The notes below the pieces were generated by a model, which did not search any database, had not been told where the DNA came from, and was given only the letters and a program-made list of their open reading frames with translations. Both the position numbers and the translations under genes were made by a program. DNA of 64,000 bases from Nitrospirota bacterium (GTDB lineage Bacteria; Nitrospirota; UBA9217): assembly GCA_963740085.1 (NCBI GenBank), contig CAVUCU010000004.1, positions 352,001 through 416,000 on the forward strand, given 5' to 3'. Positions 53,927 through 63,374 of this stretch are shown here, in pieces (the first letter of the stretch is position 1; each line of letters begins with the position of its first letter).

Positions 53927-55410
53927 AAACATGTCAAAGCCGTATTTACGGCGCGGAATTCTCCCAGCAGGAGATCGCCGAGGCCGTCCGTGGGGGCCGG
54001 CTGCTTTCCATGGAGATGGAGTTCAACAAGAGCTGCAATTTCCGGTGCCTCTACTGCTATGCGTCCGACCATACCGTTCATCGGAACGAACTGAGCAAAC
54101 ATGAGTTCCTTGACCTCATCAACCAGGCCAGGGAACTGGGCGCGAGGAAGATCATCGTCCTCGGCGGCGAACCCATGCTCTATCCGTCCATCATAGAGAT
54201 GATCCAATACATCAGGGACCTCGGAATGGATGTCGAGCTCTTCACGAACGGGACGAACGTCACCCGTGAGATGGCTCAGACGCTGTATGGTCTCGGAGTG
54301 CGCGTGGTCCTCAAGATGAACACGTTCGAGGAAAAGATCCAGGACATGCTTTCGGGAAGGAAGGGCGCGCACGTCCAGATCCATGAAGCGTTCAATAACC
54401 TGAAACTGGCCGGCTATCCGTCTGCGGACCATTTCATGGGGATCAGCACGGTTATTTGTCAGCAGAACATCGATGAGCTCCCGAAGATGTGGGAGTGGCT
54501 GCGGGACCAGAACATCGCTCCCTATTTCGAGATGATCACCCCGCAGGGTGGCGCCAAAGAACACAATATGCTTGAAGTCGATTCCCGGCAGGTCGAAGAG
54601 CTTTTTCACCGGATCTCCAGGATCGACCGGAAGAAATACGGGCACACCTGGGACCCAAAGCCTCCGCTCGTCGGCGGCGAGTGTCTTCGTCACCAGTTCT
54701 CCTGCGCGGTCAACTCCGAAGGCTTTGTGCAGCCGTGCGTAGGGGTCACGATCCCGATCGGCAATGTGCGCAAACAACGGCTCAAGGACATTCTGCGTGA
54801 GAGTGAGGTGGTCCAGGACCTCAAGAACTATACCGAGACCATCAAGGGTCCCTGCAGCGAATGCGAACGCTTGAGCGAATGTTACGGCTGCCGGGGAGCG
54901 GCATACCAGATGACCGGCGACTACCTTGCTTCCGACCCCCTGTGCTGGAAGAACCTGGACAGGCGGGACGATATCATGTTCCTGCCGGTGGATGCCGGCC
55001 AGCTCGTTCCGCACAAACAGCCCATGCTTCTCATCGACCGGCTCCTCGAGGTCCAGGAGCGGGCATCGCTTTCCGAGATGATCGTGCGTGCGGACATGCT
55101 CTTCGTGGGAAAGGACGGGAAGCTCGATGATGTCTCGTATCCCGAGATCATATCCCAGGCGATCGCCGCACAGGAGGGCTTTCGAAAGCTCGGGAGCCGT
55201 AATCCTCAGCAGGAAGGTTTTCTGCTCGGCATCAAGAACATCGAGATCGTCGGCAGCGCGCGCGTCGGAGACACCCTTCGCGTATCAGTGTTCAAGGTCG
55301 CTAAGTACGGGGACTTCGGAATTATCCGGGGAGAGGTCAGGAATGGCGACACCCTGATCGCCAGCGGAGAGGTAAAGGTCTGGCAGGGCAATGGCAAGGC
55401 GGCGGCATGA
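53923..55410 (+). CDS. Radical SAM/SPASM protein fused to a C-terminal hotdog (dehydratase-like) domain
   Basis: CNFRCLYC; SPASM CLRH..C..QPC..CSEC...CYGCRG..DPLC; then LVPHKQPMLLIDRL...EIISQAIAA...GFLLGI. Confidence 0.85.
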   Translation: MKTCQSRIYGAEFSQQEIAEAVRGGRLLSMEMEFNKSCNFRCLYCYASDHTVHRNELSKHEFLDLINQARELGARKIIVLGGEPMLYPSIIEMIQYIRDLGMDVELFTNGTNVTREMAQTLYGLGVRVVLKMNTFEEKIQDMLSGRKGAHVQIHEAFNNLKLAGYPSADHFMGISTVICQQNIDELPKMWEWLRDQNIAPYFEMITPQGGAKEHNMLEVDSRQVEELFHRISRIDRKKYGHTWDPKPPLVGGECLRHQFSCAVNSEGFVQPCVGVTIPIGNVRKQRLKDILRESEVVQDLKNYTETIKGPCSECERLSECYGCRGAAYQMTGDYLASDPLCWKNLDRRDDIMFLPVDAGQLVPHKQPMLLIDRLLEVQERASLSEMIVRADMLFVGKDGKLDDVSYPEIISQAIAAQEGFRKLGSRNPQQEGFLLGIKNIEIVGSARVGDTLRVSVFKVAKYGDFGIIRGEVRNGDTLIASGEVKVWQGNGKAAA

Positions 55411-56219
55411 TGATGAACAACACTATAGCGAAGAGCGCCGTTCTCTTCCTGGTCCTGTGCATACTGGCGCACGCCGGACAGGCTTTCGCGAAGGACGGGA
55501 AAAAGGACGGCGCGCCGGAACCAACCGACCTTTCCGTATTGCTGAATCGCATCGGGAAAAAGGTCTCGAACTTCAAGACCCTCAAAACGGACTTCACGGA
55601 GGAAAAAGAAATGGCCATGTTCAAGGAGAAGCTCGTGCTCAAGGGCAGGATCTATCTCCAGAAGCCGAACATGGTCGCCTGGCATGTGGATAAACCTCTC
55701 CGGTATTCCGTCCTGATCACTGATAAATTCATCCGTCAGTGGGACGAGGACACGAACCAGGTCCAGGAACTTTCCTTAACGAAAAACCCGATGTTTCAGA
55801 ACGTCATCAGGCAGCTGACCGTATGGTTCTCAGGAGAGTACGGCTCGCTCCTTGAGACCAATGACGTGCGGCTGGTGAAACGCACCCCCCTGACGCTCGA
55901 GTTCTCGCCCCGCGCGAATAATGACTCCCGGAAAGTGATCAAGAACATCACCATTACGTTCCGGGAGGACGAGACCTATCTCCAGCAGATCCGCATGGTG
56001 GAACTGAGCGGTGATGTCACCACGATCACGTTCACGAACACTCTTTTGAATGCCCCTCTTGACAGCGGGAGTTTTAAGGTTCCCCCCGTCAGAGAAAAGA
56101 GTTCTCTCCTTTCCCCCGATCGCGACGGTGCGCGGGTATCGCGCGCATCGCTCCGGGACGCGGTGGACCTCCCTCGTGAGCCGGCTACTTTTTTCAACGG
56201 GGTAACAGGGCATGTTTGA
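55407..56219 (+). CDS. LolA-like carrier protein
   Basis: Signal peptide; DFTEEK..GRIYLQKPNMVAWHV and GDVTTITF motifs. Confidence 0.8.
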   Translation: MMMNNTIAKSAVLFLVLCILAHAGQAFAKDGKKDGAPEPTDLSVLLNRIGKKVSNFKTLKTDFTEEKEMAMFKEKLVLKGRIYLQKPNMVAWHVDKPLRYSVLITDKFIRQWDEDTNQVQELSLTKNPMFQNVIRQLTVWFSGEYGSLLETNDVRLVKRTPLTLEFSPRANNDSRKVIKNITITFREDETYLQQIRMVELSGDVTTITFTNTLLNAPLDSGSFKVPPVREKSSLLSPDRDGARVSRASLRDAVDLPREPATFFNGVTGHV

Positions 56220-58602
56220 GAAGTATTTCTCGCTCCTGTACCAGTTCGTATTCCGGCACAAACGAGGCGTGCTCGGGGCCGTCCTCCTGATTACCATTGC
56301 GGCCTGCGTCGGGCTCTTCTTTATTCCCTATGAAGGCAATATCGATATCATGCTCCCGCCGGACCCGGAGATCACCCGCAGCATGGATTTTCTCCGTGAC
56401 TCGAGCCTTTCCGACAAGGTCATTATCTCCCTCGCCCTGACCGACCGGTCAAAAGGGAAGCATGACCTCTTCCGGGCCGTCGATGAACTGGCGGCCTCGC
56501 TTCAACCGCCGCTCTTCACGAGCGTGATCACGGGAATCTCCATGGCCGACGCAATGGAGGAATTCTCGATGCTGCAGTACGCGCCGCAGATTCTCGGCGA
56601 GAAAGACCTCGTCACCATTGAACGCCAGCTGACGCCGAAATCCGTTTCCGCGAGGATGCAGGCGATCTACCGTCAGTCGCTCAGACCCGAAAGCGTCTTC
56701 ATGACCTCCCTGTCGCGCACGGACCCCCTGAGCATCCACACGCTGCTGCTCGGAAAGCTGCGGGCTCTCCCGGCTTCGATGGGTTTTGATGTCGCCATCG
56801 AGGAGGGCCATTTCGTCAGCCGCGACGGTCGCCATGCCATGCTCATCATCCAGACGCCGGTCAAGATGATGGACAGCCAGAAGAGCAAAGAGCTGGTGCG
56901 GGCGTTGGATGAACATATCAAAAAACTGCCTGCGTACGTGTCCGCGGACGTCATCGGCGGTCATCTCCACACGGTCAGCAACGAACGGGTGATCCAGCGG
57001 GACATCGCGGTCGCTTCGGTCATCGCCACGATCGCCTTTTTCCTTCTCTTTTTTATCGTGTTCCGCGATGCCCGGGCGATGTTCGTGTTCATCTTCCCGC
57101 TGATCGCGGTCATCTGGGGCGTCGTTCTGCTGGCCGGTATCGAACACACGCTTTCGTACCTCGTCATCGGGTTCGGTACGGCCATCGTGGGGATCTCCGA
57201 TTACGGACTGATCGTCTATATCGCCATGAAACGGGGCACCGGCGCTTCGCAGCCCGTGCAGCTCGCCAAGCTCGTGTTCATCGATGCGATCACGACCATT
57301 TTCAGTTTCGTCGTGCTGTTTTTCTCCCAGATCCGCGGATACCATCAGCTGGCCTTGTTCTCGGTCCTCTGCCTGCTCATCTGCCTTCTGTTCTCGCTGT
57401 TCGTGCTGCCGCTGACCCTTTCCTGGAAGCGGTACTCCATGGTGGAAGATCCGACGGTCGGCGACCGGCTGAAGAACATCCAATGGCCCGCAAAGCTCAC
57501 GGTCGGGATATGGGCGATCATCACGGTCGTCTTCTTCGTTCTTTCCCTGTCGATCAAACTTGACAGCGACGTGCGAAAACTGGACGGGAGCGGACCGGAG
57601 GTGCTTCAGGCGGAACGATCGTTCCATAGTATATGGGGCGGAAAGTCCAATCAAGCGATCCTGGTTGTCACGGGGGCAAGCCTCGAGGAAGCAATGGAAA
57701 AGAACGACCGGGTCTTCCACAAGGCGATGAAGACGGTCAACAGTGAGGATTTTACGAGCCTGGCGCTGTTCTGGCCATCTGAGAAGACCCGGATCGAGAA
57801 TCAGGAGCGCTGGGACCGTTTTTGGAAGCAGGGGCGGGAACGCAGGCTGAAGGAGTTGATCAGGCAAACGTCTGCCGAGCACGGCTTCTCGGAGCGTGCG
57901 TTCATGCCTTTTTTCGACGGGCTCTATGACCATCAGCGCGATGCCGGGCGCGCCGGCGGCATGATCACCCGGCTGCAGGAACGGTTCGTGGTGAAGAAGA
58001 AAGAAGAATACCGGATCATGTCGTTCTTCCCGGACGAACCGAAGACCTACGAATCGCTGTCCGCGGTGGCGAAGCAATTCCCGGGCACGTTCATCGTATC
58101 CGGCAAGGCGTTGTCCTCGTCGATCTCCACGTATACGGCGAGGGAAGCGATGATCCTCGCCCCGCTCGCGGTCCTCTTTAACGTCGTGCTGGCCTGGCTT
58201 TTTTTCAGGAACTGGAAAGAGACCCTGATCTCGCTCGTCCCGCTCCTGACCGGCGCTGTCTGGCTGCTCGGCTTCATGGCGATATTCAAAATGCCGCTGA
58301 ACGTCATCAGCATAGTTGCCGGCATCATCGCGAGCGGCGTCATCGTGGACTACGGCATCGGGATCACCTACGAATACAGCCACAATCTGCACTTCGGCAC
58401 GATGATGGCGATGACCCTGTCCGCGGCGTCGAACGTGATAGGAGCGGGGGCACTGCTGTTCGCGCTGCATCCGGCCTTTTTTTCAACCGGGGTGGCCATG
58501 GTTATCTCCATGGTCACCGGATACCTCTCGTCCGTGATCGTGATACCGTCCCTCTGCAAACTGCTGGGGACAACGGGCCGCCAGGAGGTCGGGCAGCAAT
58601 GA
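56212..58602 (+). CDS. MMPL/RND-family exporter
   Basis: Two repeats of a periplasmic loop plus TM bundle; GISDYG and VIVDYG motifs. Confidence 0.85.
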   Translation: MFEKYFSLLYQFVFRHKRGVLGAVLLITIAACVGLFFIPYEGNIDIMLPPDPEITRSMDFLRDSSLSDKVIISLALTDRSKGKHDLFRAVDELAASLQPPLFTSVITGISMADAMEEFSMLQYAPQILGEKDLVTIERQLTPKSVSARMQAIYRQSLRPESVFMTSLSRTDPLSIHTLLLGKLRALPASMGFDVAIEEGHFVSRDGRHAMLIIQTPVKMMDSQKSKELVRALDEHIKKLPAYVSADVIGGHLHTVSNERVIQRDIAVASVIATIAFFLLFFIVFRDARAMFVFIFPLIAVIWGVVLLAGIEHTLSYLVIGFGTAIVGISDYGLIVYIAMKRGTGASQPVQLAKLVFIDAITTIFSFVVLFFSQIRGYHQLALFSVLCLLICLLFSLFVLPLTLSWKRYSMVEDPTVGDRLKNIQWPAKLTVGIWAIITVVFFVLSLSIKLDSDVRKLDGSGPEVLQAERSFHSIWGGKSNQAILVVTGASLEEAMEKNDRVFHKAMKTVNSEDFTSLALFWPSEKTRIENQERWDRFWKQGRERRLKELIRQTSAEHGFSERAFMPFFDGLYDHQRDAGRAGGMITRLQERFVVKKKEEYRIMSFFPDEPKTYESLSAVAKQFPGTFIVSGKALSSSISTYTAREAMILAPLAVLFNVVLAWLFFRNWKETLISLVPLLTGAVWLLGFMAIFKMPLNVISIVAGIIASGVIVDYGIGITYEYSHNLHFGTMMAMTLSAASNVIGAGALLFALHPAFFSTGVAMVISMVTGYLSSVIVIPSLCKLLGTTGRQEVGQQ

Positions 58603-59279
58603 TCCGAAGAACGGTCATTCTTGTGTTCCTGTTGCTCGTGTTCGCTGCCGGATGCAGTACGGTGCCGTTCCAGAAGACCGCCCTGGTAAGTCTTGAGACC
58701 GTGGACGCGAGAAACATCCTGGAGCAGTTCAAATCGCGTATGCCGGACAGTTTTCAATTGCTGAATACCGTTGTTTTTGAGTATAATGGGCGCAAGTTTT
58801 CCGCTATCGGTTCGGTGTATATCAGCGAGGCTGACCGTGTTTTCAGGGTGGCCGGCATGAATCCCATGGGGGTGAAGCTGTTCGAGCTCTCAGGTGACCG
58901 AAGCGGCGTGAAGACCCATTACGCGATCGCGGATTTCTCCAAGCGCGGCGATATCGCCACTGCAGTTGGCAACGACATCAGACTCATCTACTTTGATCTT
59001 GTCCCCGGACCCGAAGCGAGTATATGGAAGAGAAAATATAAACTGATCTTTCGACAATCTTCCGGTCCCGGTCATCTGGAGTATGTTTTCGGCGGGGCGA
59101 ACGGAGACCTGATCGAGAAGAACTATTATGATGAGGGCGGGATCGTCTGGAGAATATCGTATTATGAGTACCGGGACCAGGACGGATACCGCTGGCCGCA
59201 GGGCATTGTCTTCATTCACTACCAATATCGGTACCGGTTGACCATAAGACAGAAGGAGTTGCTTGTTGAGCGCAATTAA
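58599..59279 (+). CDS. Lipoprotein (DUF3261-like)
   Basis: Lipobox AAGC; GVKLFEL and GNDIRLIY motifs. Confidence 0.65.
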   Translation: MIRRTVILVFLLLVFAAGCSTVPFQKTALVSLETVDARNILEQFKSRMPDSFQLLNTVVFEYNGRKFSAIGSVYISEADRVFRVAGMNPMGVKLFELSGDRSGVKTHYAIADFSKRGDIATAVGNDIRLIYFDLVPGPEASIWKRKYKLIFRQSSGPGHLEYVFGGANGDLIEKNYYDEGGIVWRISYYEYRDQDGYRWPQGIVFIHYQYRYRLTIRQKELLVERN

Positions 59280-59655
59280 ATCAGAGATCGAAGGCTGCAT
59301 GAGCGGTCTGGAAAAGGTAGGCAAAAGGGTGACGTCCCGCTTTGCCTTCCCGCCCGGGTTCATTGGTTTTCAAGGACACTTTCCCCAGAAAAAGGTCCTG
59401 CCGGGAGTGTGCCAGATCCAGTGCGCCCTTTCCCTCCTCGAACAGGGGAGTGGAAAGTCCGTGGTCCTGAAAGAGATTGTGCTGGCCAAGTATTTTTCAC
59501 CCGTGTTCCCGGACGACGAAGTGACCTGCGTCATAAGCGAGATGGGGGACACCTGCGGCGAGGTCGTTGTGAAAGCGGTCATCTCACGGAAGACCGACAA
59601 AATCTCGGAAATGAAATTGCGCGTCTCCTATGGCGACGGGGAAAACAAGAGGTAG
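59263..59655 (+). CDS. Hotdog-fold dehydratase (FabZ/ApeI-like)
   Basis: FQGHFP...LPGVCQI and KYFSPVFP motifs. Confidence 0.85.
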   Translation: MLSAIKSEIEGCMSGLEKVGKRVTSRFAFPPGFIGFQGHFPQKKVLPGVCQIQCALSLLEQGSGKSVVLKEIVLAKYFSPVFPDDEVTCVISEMGDTCGEVVVKAVISRKTDKISEMKLRVSYGDGENKR

Positions 59656-59656
59656 T

Positions 59657-60142
59657 ATGAGGTCAAGGAACAGGGAAACCTATTTTGAGCGGGTCCCGGG
59701 AGTACCCGAGCCGATCGTCGTCCAGGTCAAGAGGCGGGTCCGGTTCAATGAGGCCGACCCCATGGCGATCGCATGGCATGGGCGGTATCCTCTCTATTTC
59801 GAAGAAGCATCCGAGGAGCTTGGCAGAAAGTGCGGTTTGTCGTATGCGGACTATTTCGAAGCCGGTCTGCGCGCGCCTGTTGTCGAATTTCATATCGATT
59901 ACTATAAACCTCTGTTCCTCGACGAGGAATTTACGATCAAGGCATCGCTGATCTGGCATGAAGGGTCGCGGCTCAATATCGAGTATCTCCTGATCAAGCA
60001 GGACCGGAGCACCGCCTCGAGCGCTTACATGGTGCATTTGTTCACCGACCATCAGACCGGAGATCCCTTTATGGTCTCTCCGGAATTACTTGAACGCTGC
60101 CGAAGGAGATGGAAGGCAGGGGAGTTCCATCGCAGACCATGA
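59657..60142 (+). CDS. Acyl-CoA/ACP thioesterase (4HBT family)
   Basis: VRFNEADPMAIAWHGRYPLYFE motif. Confidence 0.88.
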   Translation: MRSRNRETYFERVPGVPEPIVVQVKRRVRFNEADPMAIAWHGRYPLYFEEASEELGRKCGLSYADYFEAGLRAPVVEFHIDYYKPLFLDEEFTIKASLIWHEGSRLNIEYLLIKQDRSTASSAYMVHLFTDHQTGDPFMVSPELLERCRRRWKAGEFHRRP

Positions 60143-61254
60143 AACCTGTCGTCGTATCGGCGGATATGCTGACGCCTTATGGCAAGGGAATTGACGCATG
60201 CTGGCAGGGTTTGTCTGCCGGGCAAAGCGCCATATCCCGGGTCAGCCGTTTCAAGACAGCGGCGTTCCACTCGGACTATGCGGGTATCATCGGCGGCCTG
60301 AGGTATCACGAACAAACCTCCCTGGTCGTGCAGATGTTGGAGTCCCTGTTCACGGGAACGGTTTTCCCCGAAGACGCGAAACTTCTGCTGGCAACGACCA
60401 AAGGGGAGATCGACCTGCTCGAGCAGAGCATGCTCGAGAACAAGGGCGATGTTAGGGATGCCGTCGTGAGCAGGCTCATCGGCAAGGTGGCCGGCATGAC
60501 CTCAGCGAGGGGCGGGGGGCTGGTGCTTTCGGCAGCCTGCACCTCATCGGCGGCGGCAGCAGCGCAGGCGGCTGCCATGATCAGGAACGGTCACGCGGAC
60601 TGCGTGCTCGTGGTTGCCTGCGACAGCGTGACCGAATTCATCTTTTCCGGATTTTCCTCGCTCATGGCGCTGGACAAACAGCCCGCACGGCCCTTTGACA
60701 GGAACAGGGCAGGCCTGAACGTGGGCGAGGCCGCTGCCTATGCGCTTATTATGAGCGAAGAACGCGCCCTTCGCGAGAACCGTCCCGTGCTCGGGACGAT
60801 AGCAGGCTGGGGCCTGAGCGATGACGCGAACCACATGACCGGCCCGTCGCGGGAGAGCGAGGGTCTTGTCCTGGCCATCAAGAAAGCGCTTGAATCCGCC
60901 GGCATTGCGCCCGGTGAGGTGGGACTTATCGCAGCGCACGGCACCGGGACCGTGTACAACGACCAGATGGAGATGCGCGCTTTCCGCGCCGTGTTCGCGG
61001 ATGCTCCTCGTCCGGTCTATTCCATCAAGGGCGGAATCGGACATACGATGGGCGCGGCGGGGCTCGTGGAGATGCTCATTGCGCAACGCGCGCTCCGGGA
61101 AGGGCGCATCCCGCCAACAGTAAACCTGAAAGAGGTTGATGACGATGCGCGAGGATGGGCGTCGGACCGGCAGCAGCCGGTGCGCGGACAGTCGCCGGCC
61201 CTGATGACGAATGCCGGCTTCAGCGGGATAAACACGGCACTGGTGCTGGGATGA
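60139..61254 (+). CDS. Beta-ketoacyl-ACP synthase (second copy)
   Basis: SAACTSS, AHGTGT, KGGIGHTMGA and GFSG motifs. Confidence 0.9.
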   Translation: MKPVVVSADMLTPYGKGIDACWQGLSAGQSAISRVSRFKTAAFHSDYAGIIGGLRYHEQTSLVVQMLESLFTGTVFPEDAKLLLATTKGEIDLLEQSMLENKGDVRDAVVSRLIGKVAGMTSARGGGLVLSAACTSSAAAAAQAAAMIRNGHADCVLVVACDSVTEFIFSGFSSLMALDKQPARPFDRNRAGLNVGEAAAYALIMSEERALRENRPVLGTIAGWGLSDDANHMTGPSRESEGLVLAIKKALESAGIAPGEVGLIAAHGTGTVYNDQMEMRAFRAVFADAPRPVYSIKGGIGHTMGAAGLVEMLIAQRALREGRIPPTVNLKEVDDDARGWASDRQQPVRGQSPALMTNAGFSGINTALVLG

Positions 61255-61426
61255 TAACGAAAGAATACAGGTCTTCTCAAAATGTAGAGAGCAAATTACC
61301 GCGAAGAAGCGAAGGAGGGCATGAGATCATTCCCGGTTTAAAACGGCAGAAGCACAGATTTTCTTCGCGACTTTGCGATTTGGCAGTTTAAATTTATCAA
61401 TTCCGGTCAGTCCAGGTTAGGATGTA

Positions 61427-62101
61427 ATGTCAATTTCCGTTCACGGCATAGGATGGCTCACCAAAAGTGGATATGGCTGTATCAGGAGCGAGCTCGAGCA
61501 GGCGTATGAGTCCGGTGAGGGCGCCAGCACCCTGCCGAAGAGGGACATTTTTTCACATCCCTTTAAAAATTTCGGAAGGCTCGACACCATATCAAAGATG
61601 ACCGCTTTCGGCGTGAGTCTCGCCCTGCAGGATGCGGGCATCGAATACTCGCCGGCAGGGAAACAGGACATCGGGATCATCGGAACGAACGCAGAGGGTT
61701 CGCTCCGGTCCGATATCGAGTACTTCCGGGATTATCTTGAGAGCGGGCGTACACTGTCGAGGGGAAACCTTTTCATTTACACGCTGCCGTCAAGCCCTCT
61801 CGGCGAAGCAGCCATTCATTTCGGATTCCTGGGGCCCGTTCTGTATGCAGCCGGTGACGGCAACGCTTTGTCCTCCGTGCTCGACATGGCGAATGAGATG
61901 GTCCTTGCCGGGGAAGCTCCGGTCATGCTTGCGGGGATGGCGGAAGCGGATGAGGCGATGTTCTTCGTCTTGCGGCGGGAACGCGGTCAGGACGGGTCGG
62001 TCCTCTGTGATGTAGCAGAGGCCCGGGCTCTTGTGGAAACGGACTCCGCTGTAGCGGAGTTGGTGCGTAAATTCATACGAATGACGGCAAGAAAGGGATA
62101 A
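61427..62101 (+). CDS. Ketosynthase N-terminal-like / chain-length-factor-like protein
   Basis: FGRLD..SK and NLFIYTLPS motifs; no catalytic Cys seen. Confidence 0.75.
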   Translation: MSISVHGIGWLTKSGYGCIRSELEQAYESGEGASTLPKRDIFSHPFKNFGRLDTISKMTAFGVSLALQDAGIEYSPAGKQDIGIIGTNAEGSLRSDIEYFRDYLESGRTLSRGNLFIYTLPSSPLGEAAIHFGFLGPVLYAAGDGNALSSVLDMANEMVLAGEAPVMLAGMAEADEAMFFVLRRERGQDGSVLCDVAEARALVETDSAVAELVRKFIRMTARKG

Positions 62102-62102
62102 T

Positions 62103-63374
62103 GTGAAGATCAGACTCATTTATCCAAAATGGCCAAAGCTTGAACGGCAGACGGAGTTCCATCTGCCGCCGCACGGCCCGATCTGTTTTGCGGCCACCGT
62201 GCCCGGCGACGACGAGCTTGCTTTCACTGATGAACATGTTGAGGAGATCAATTTTGACGAGAAGGTGGACCTTGTCGCCATCTCGTGCATGCTCACGTGC
62301 CAGATCAAACGGGGATGGGAGATCGCCGACCGCTTCCGCGCGAGGGGGGTCCCGGTCATCTTCGGCGGCATCGGCACCATGCTGCATGCCGAGGAAACCG
62401 GGGAGCACGCCGATTCCGTGTTCCTCGGCGAGGCCGAGGGACGCTTTGGACAGGTACTTCAGGACCTGAAGAACAACAGCCTCAAAAAGGTGTATGACTA
62501 TCAGTGGAACTTTCCCGACATGAGCGTGATCGGTCCGGCAAGGCGGAGCATACTCAACCGGGAACGGTACAATTATCGCGGGGTACAGATGGTGGATCTT
62601 ATCCACGCCTCGCGCGGCTGCCGGTTCAACTGTTTCTGCTGCTGTACACCGTTCCTGGGTGGAAGGAAGTTCCGGCCCCGTCCCATCGATGATGTTGTAC
62701 GCGAGGTCGCGGCCATTGACAACAACCGCCTGTTCTTCGTGGACAACTCCCTGGCCCAGAACGACCAGTGGGAGAAGGACCTGTTCAAGGCGTTGATCCC
62801 ACTGAAGAAGAAATGGGTCTCTCATCCCATCAAGGACGACGACGAGATCCTGGACCTCGCGGCCGAGGCCGGCTGCTGGTACGTGTACCAGGCAATCTTC
62901 GACACGTCCGACTATATCCGGAAACGCGTGAAGCGGCTGCAGGAGCGCGGCATCGGCGTCGAGGGTACGATCATCCTCGGGATGGATGAGCAGGATGAGG
63001 ATTATGTCAAGCGGCTTGTCGATTTCCTGCTCGAGATCAAGCTGGACCTGGCTGAGTTCACGATCCTGACGCCGTTCCCGAATACGCCGGTCCGTGATGC
63101 GCTCGTGAAAGAGGGGAGGGTCCTGACGAACGACTGGAACCGTTACACGGGCGGGCAGGTGGTCTATCAGCCGGCACAGATGACCCCGACAAGGCTGCAG
63201 GACCTCTACCATTACGCGTGGGACACGTTTTACCGGGAAAGCAGCCAGAACCTCAAGATGGCCAAGCTCTTTCTCAAGGTCATTGAAAAGGAGAAGGCGG
63301 ACGGAACGTACCGGGGAGCAAGTCTCCGGCGCAGGAAATGGCAGAAGGAAGAAATCGAGGAGAAGGTCCGATGA
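62103..63374 (+). CDS. B12-binding radical SAM protein
   Basis: VIFGGI..GEAE cobalamin-binding-like region; SRGCRFNCFCC; GTG start. Confidence 0.88.
   Translation: MKIRLIYPKWPKLERQTEFHLPPHGPICFAATVPGDDELAFTDEHVEEINFDEKVDLVAISCMLTCQIKRGWEIADRFRARGVPVIFGGIGTMLHAEETGEHADSVFLGEAEGRFGQVLQDLKNNSLKKVYDYQWNFPDMSVIGPARRSILNRERYNYRGVQMVDLIHASRGCRFNCFCCCTPFLGGRKFRPRPIDDVVREVAAIDNNRLFFVDNSLAQNDQWEKDLFKALIPLKKKWVSHPIKDDDEILDLAAEAGCWYVYQAIFDTSDYIRKRVKRLQERGIGVEGTIILGMDEQDEDYVKRLVDFLLEIKLDLAEFTILTPFPNTPVRDALVKEGRVLTNDWNRYTGGQVVYQPAQMTPTRLQDLYHYAWDTFYRESSQNLKMAKLFLKVIEKEKADGTYRGASLRRRKWQKEEIEEKVR

Noticed and set aside
53923-55410. This SPASM enzyme as a second RiPP maturase
   Set aside because: No precursor-like small ORF nearby and no N-terminal recognition region; embedded in a fatty-acid-type cluster and fused to a hotdog domain
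56449-58470. 673-aa minus-strand ORF
   Set aside because: Antisense shadow of the MMPL exporter
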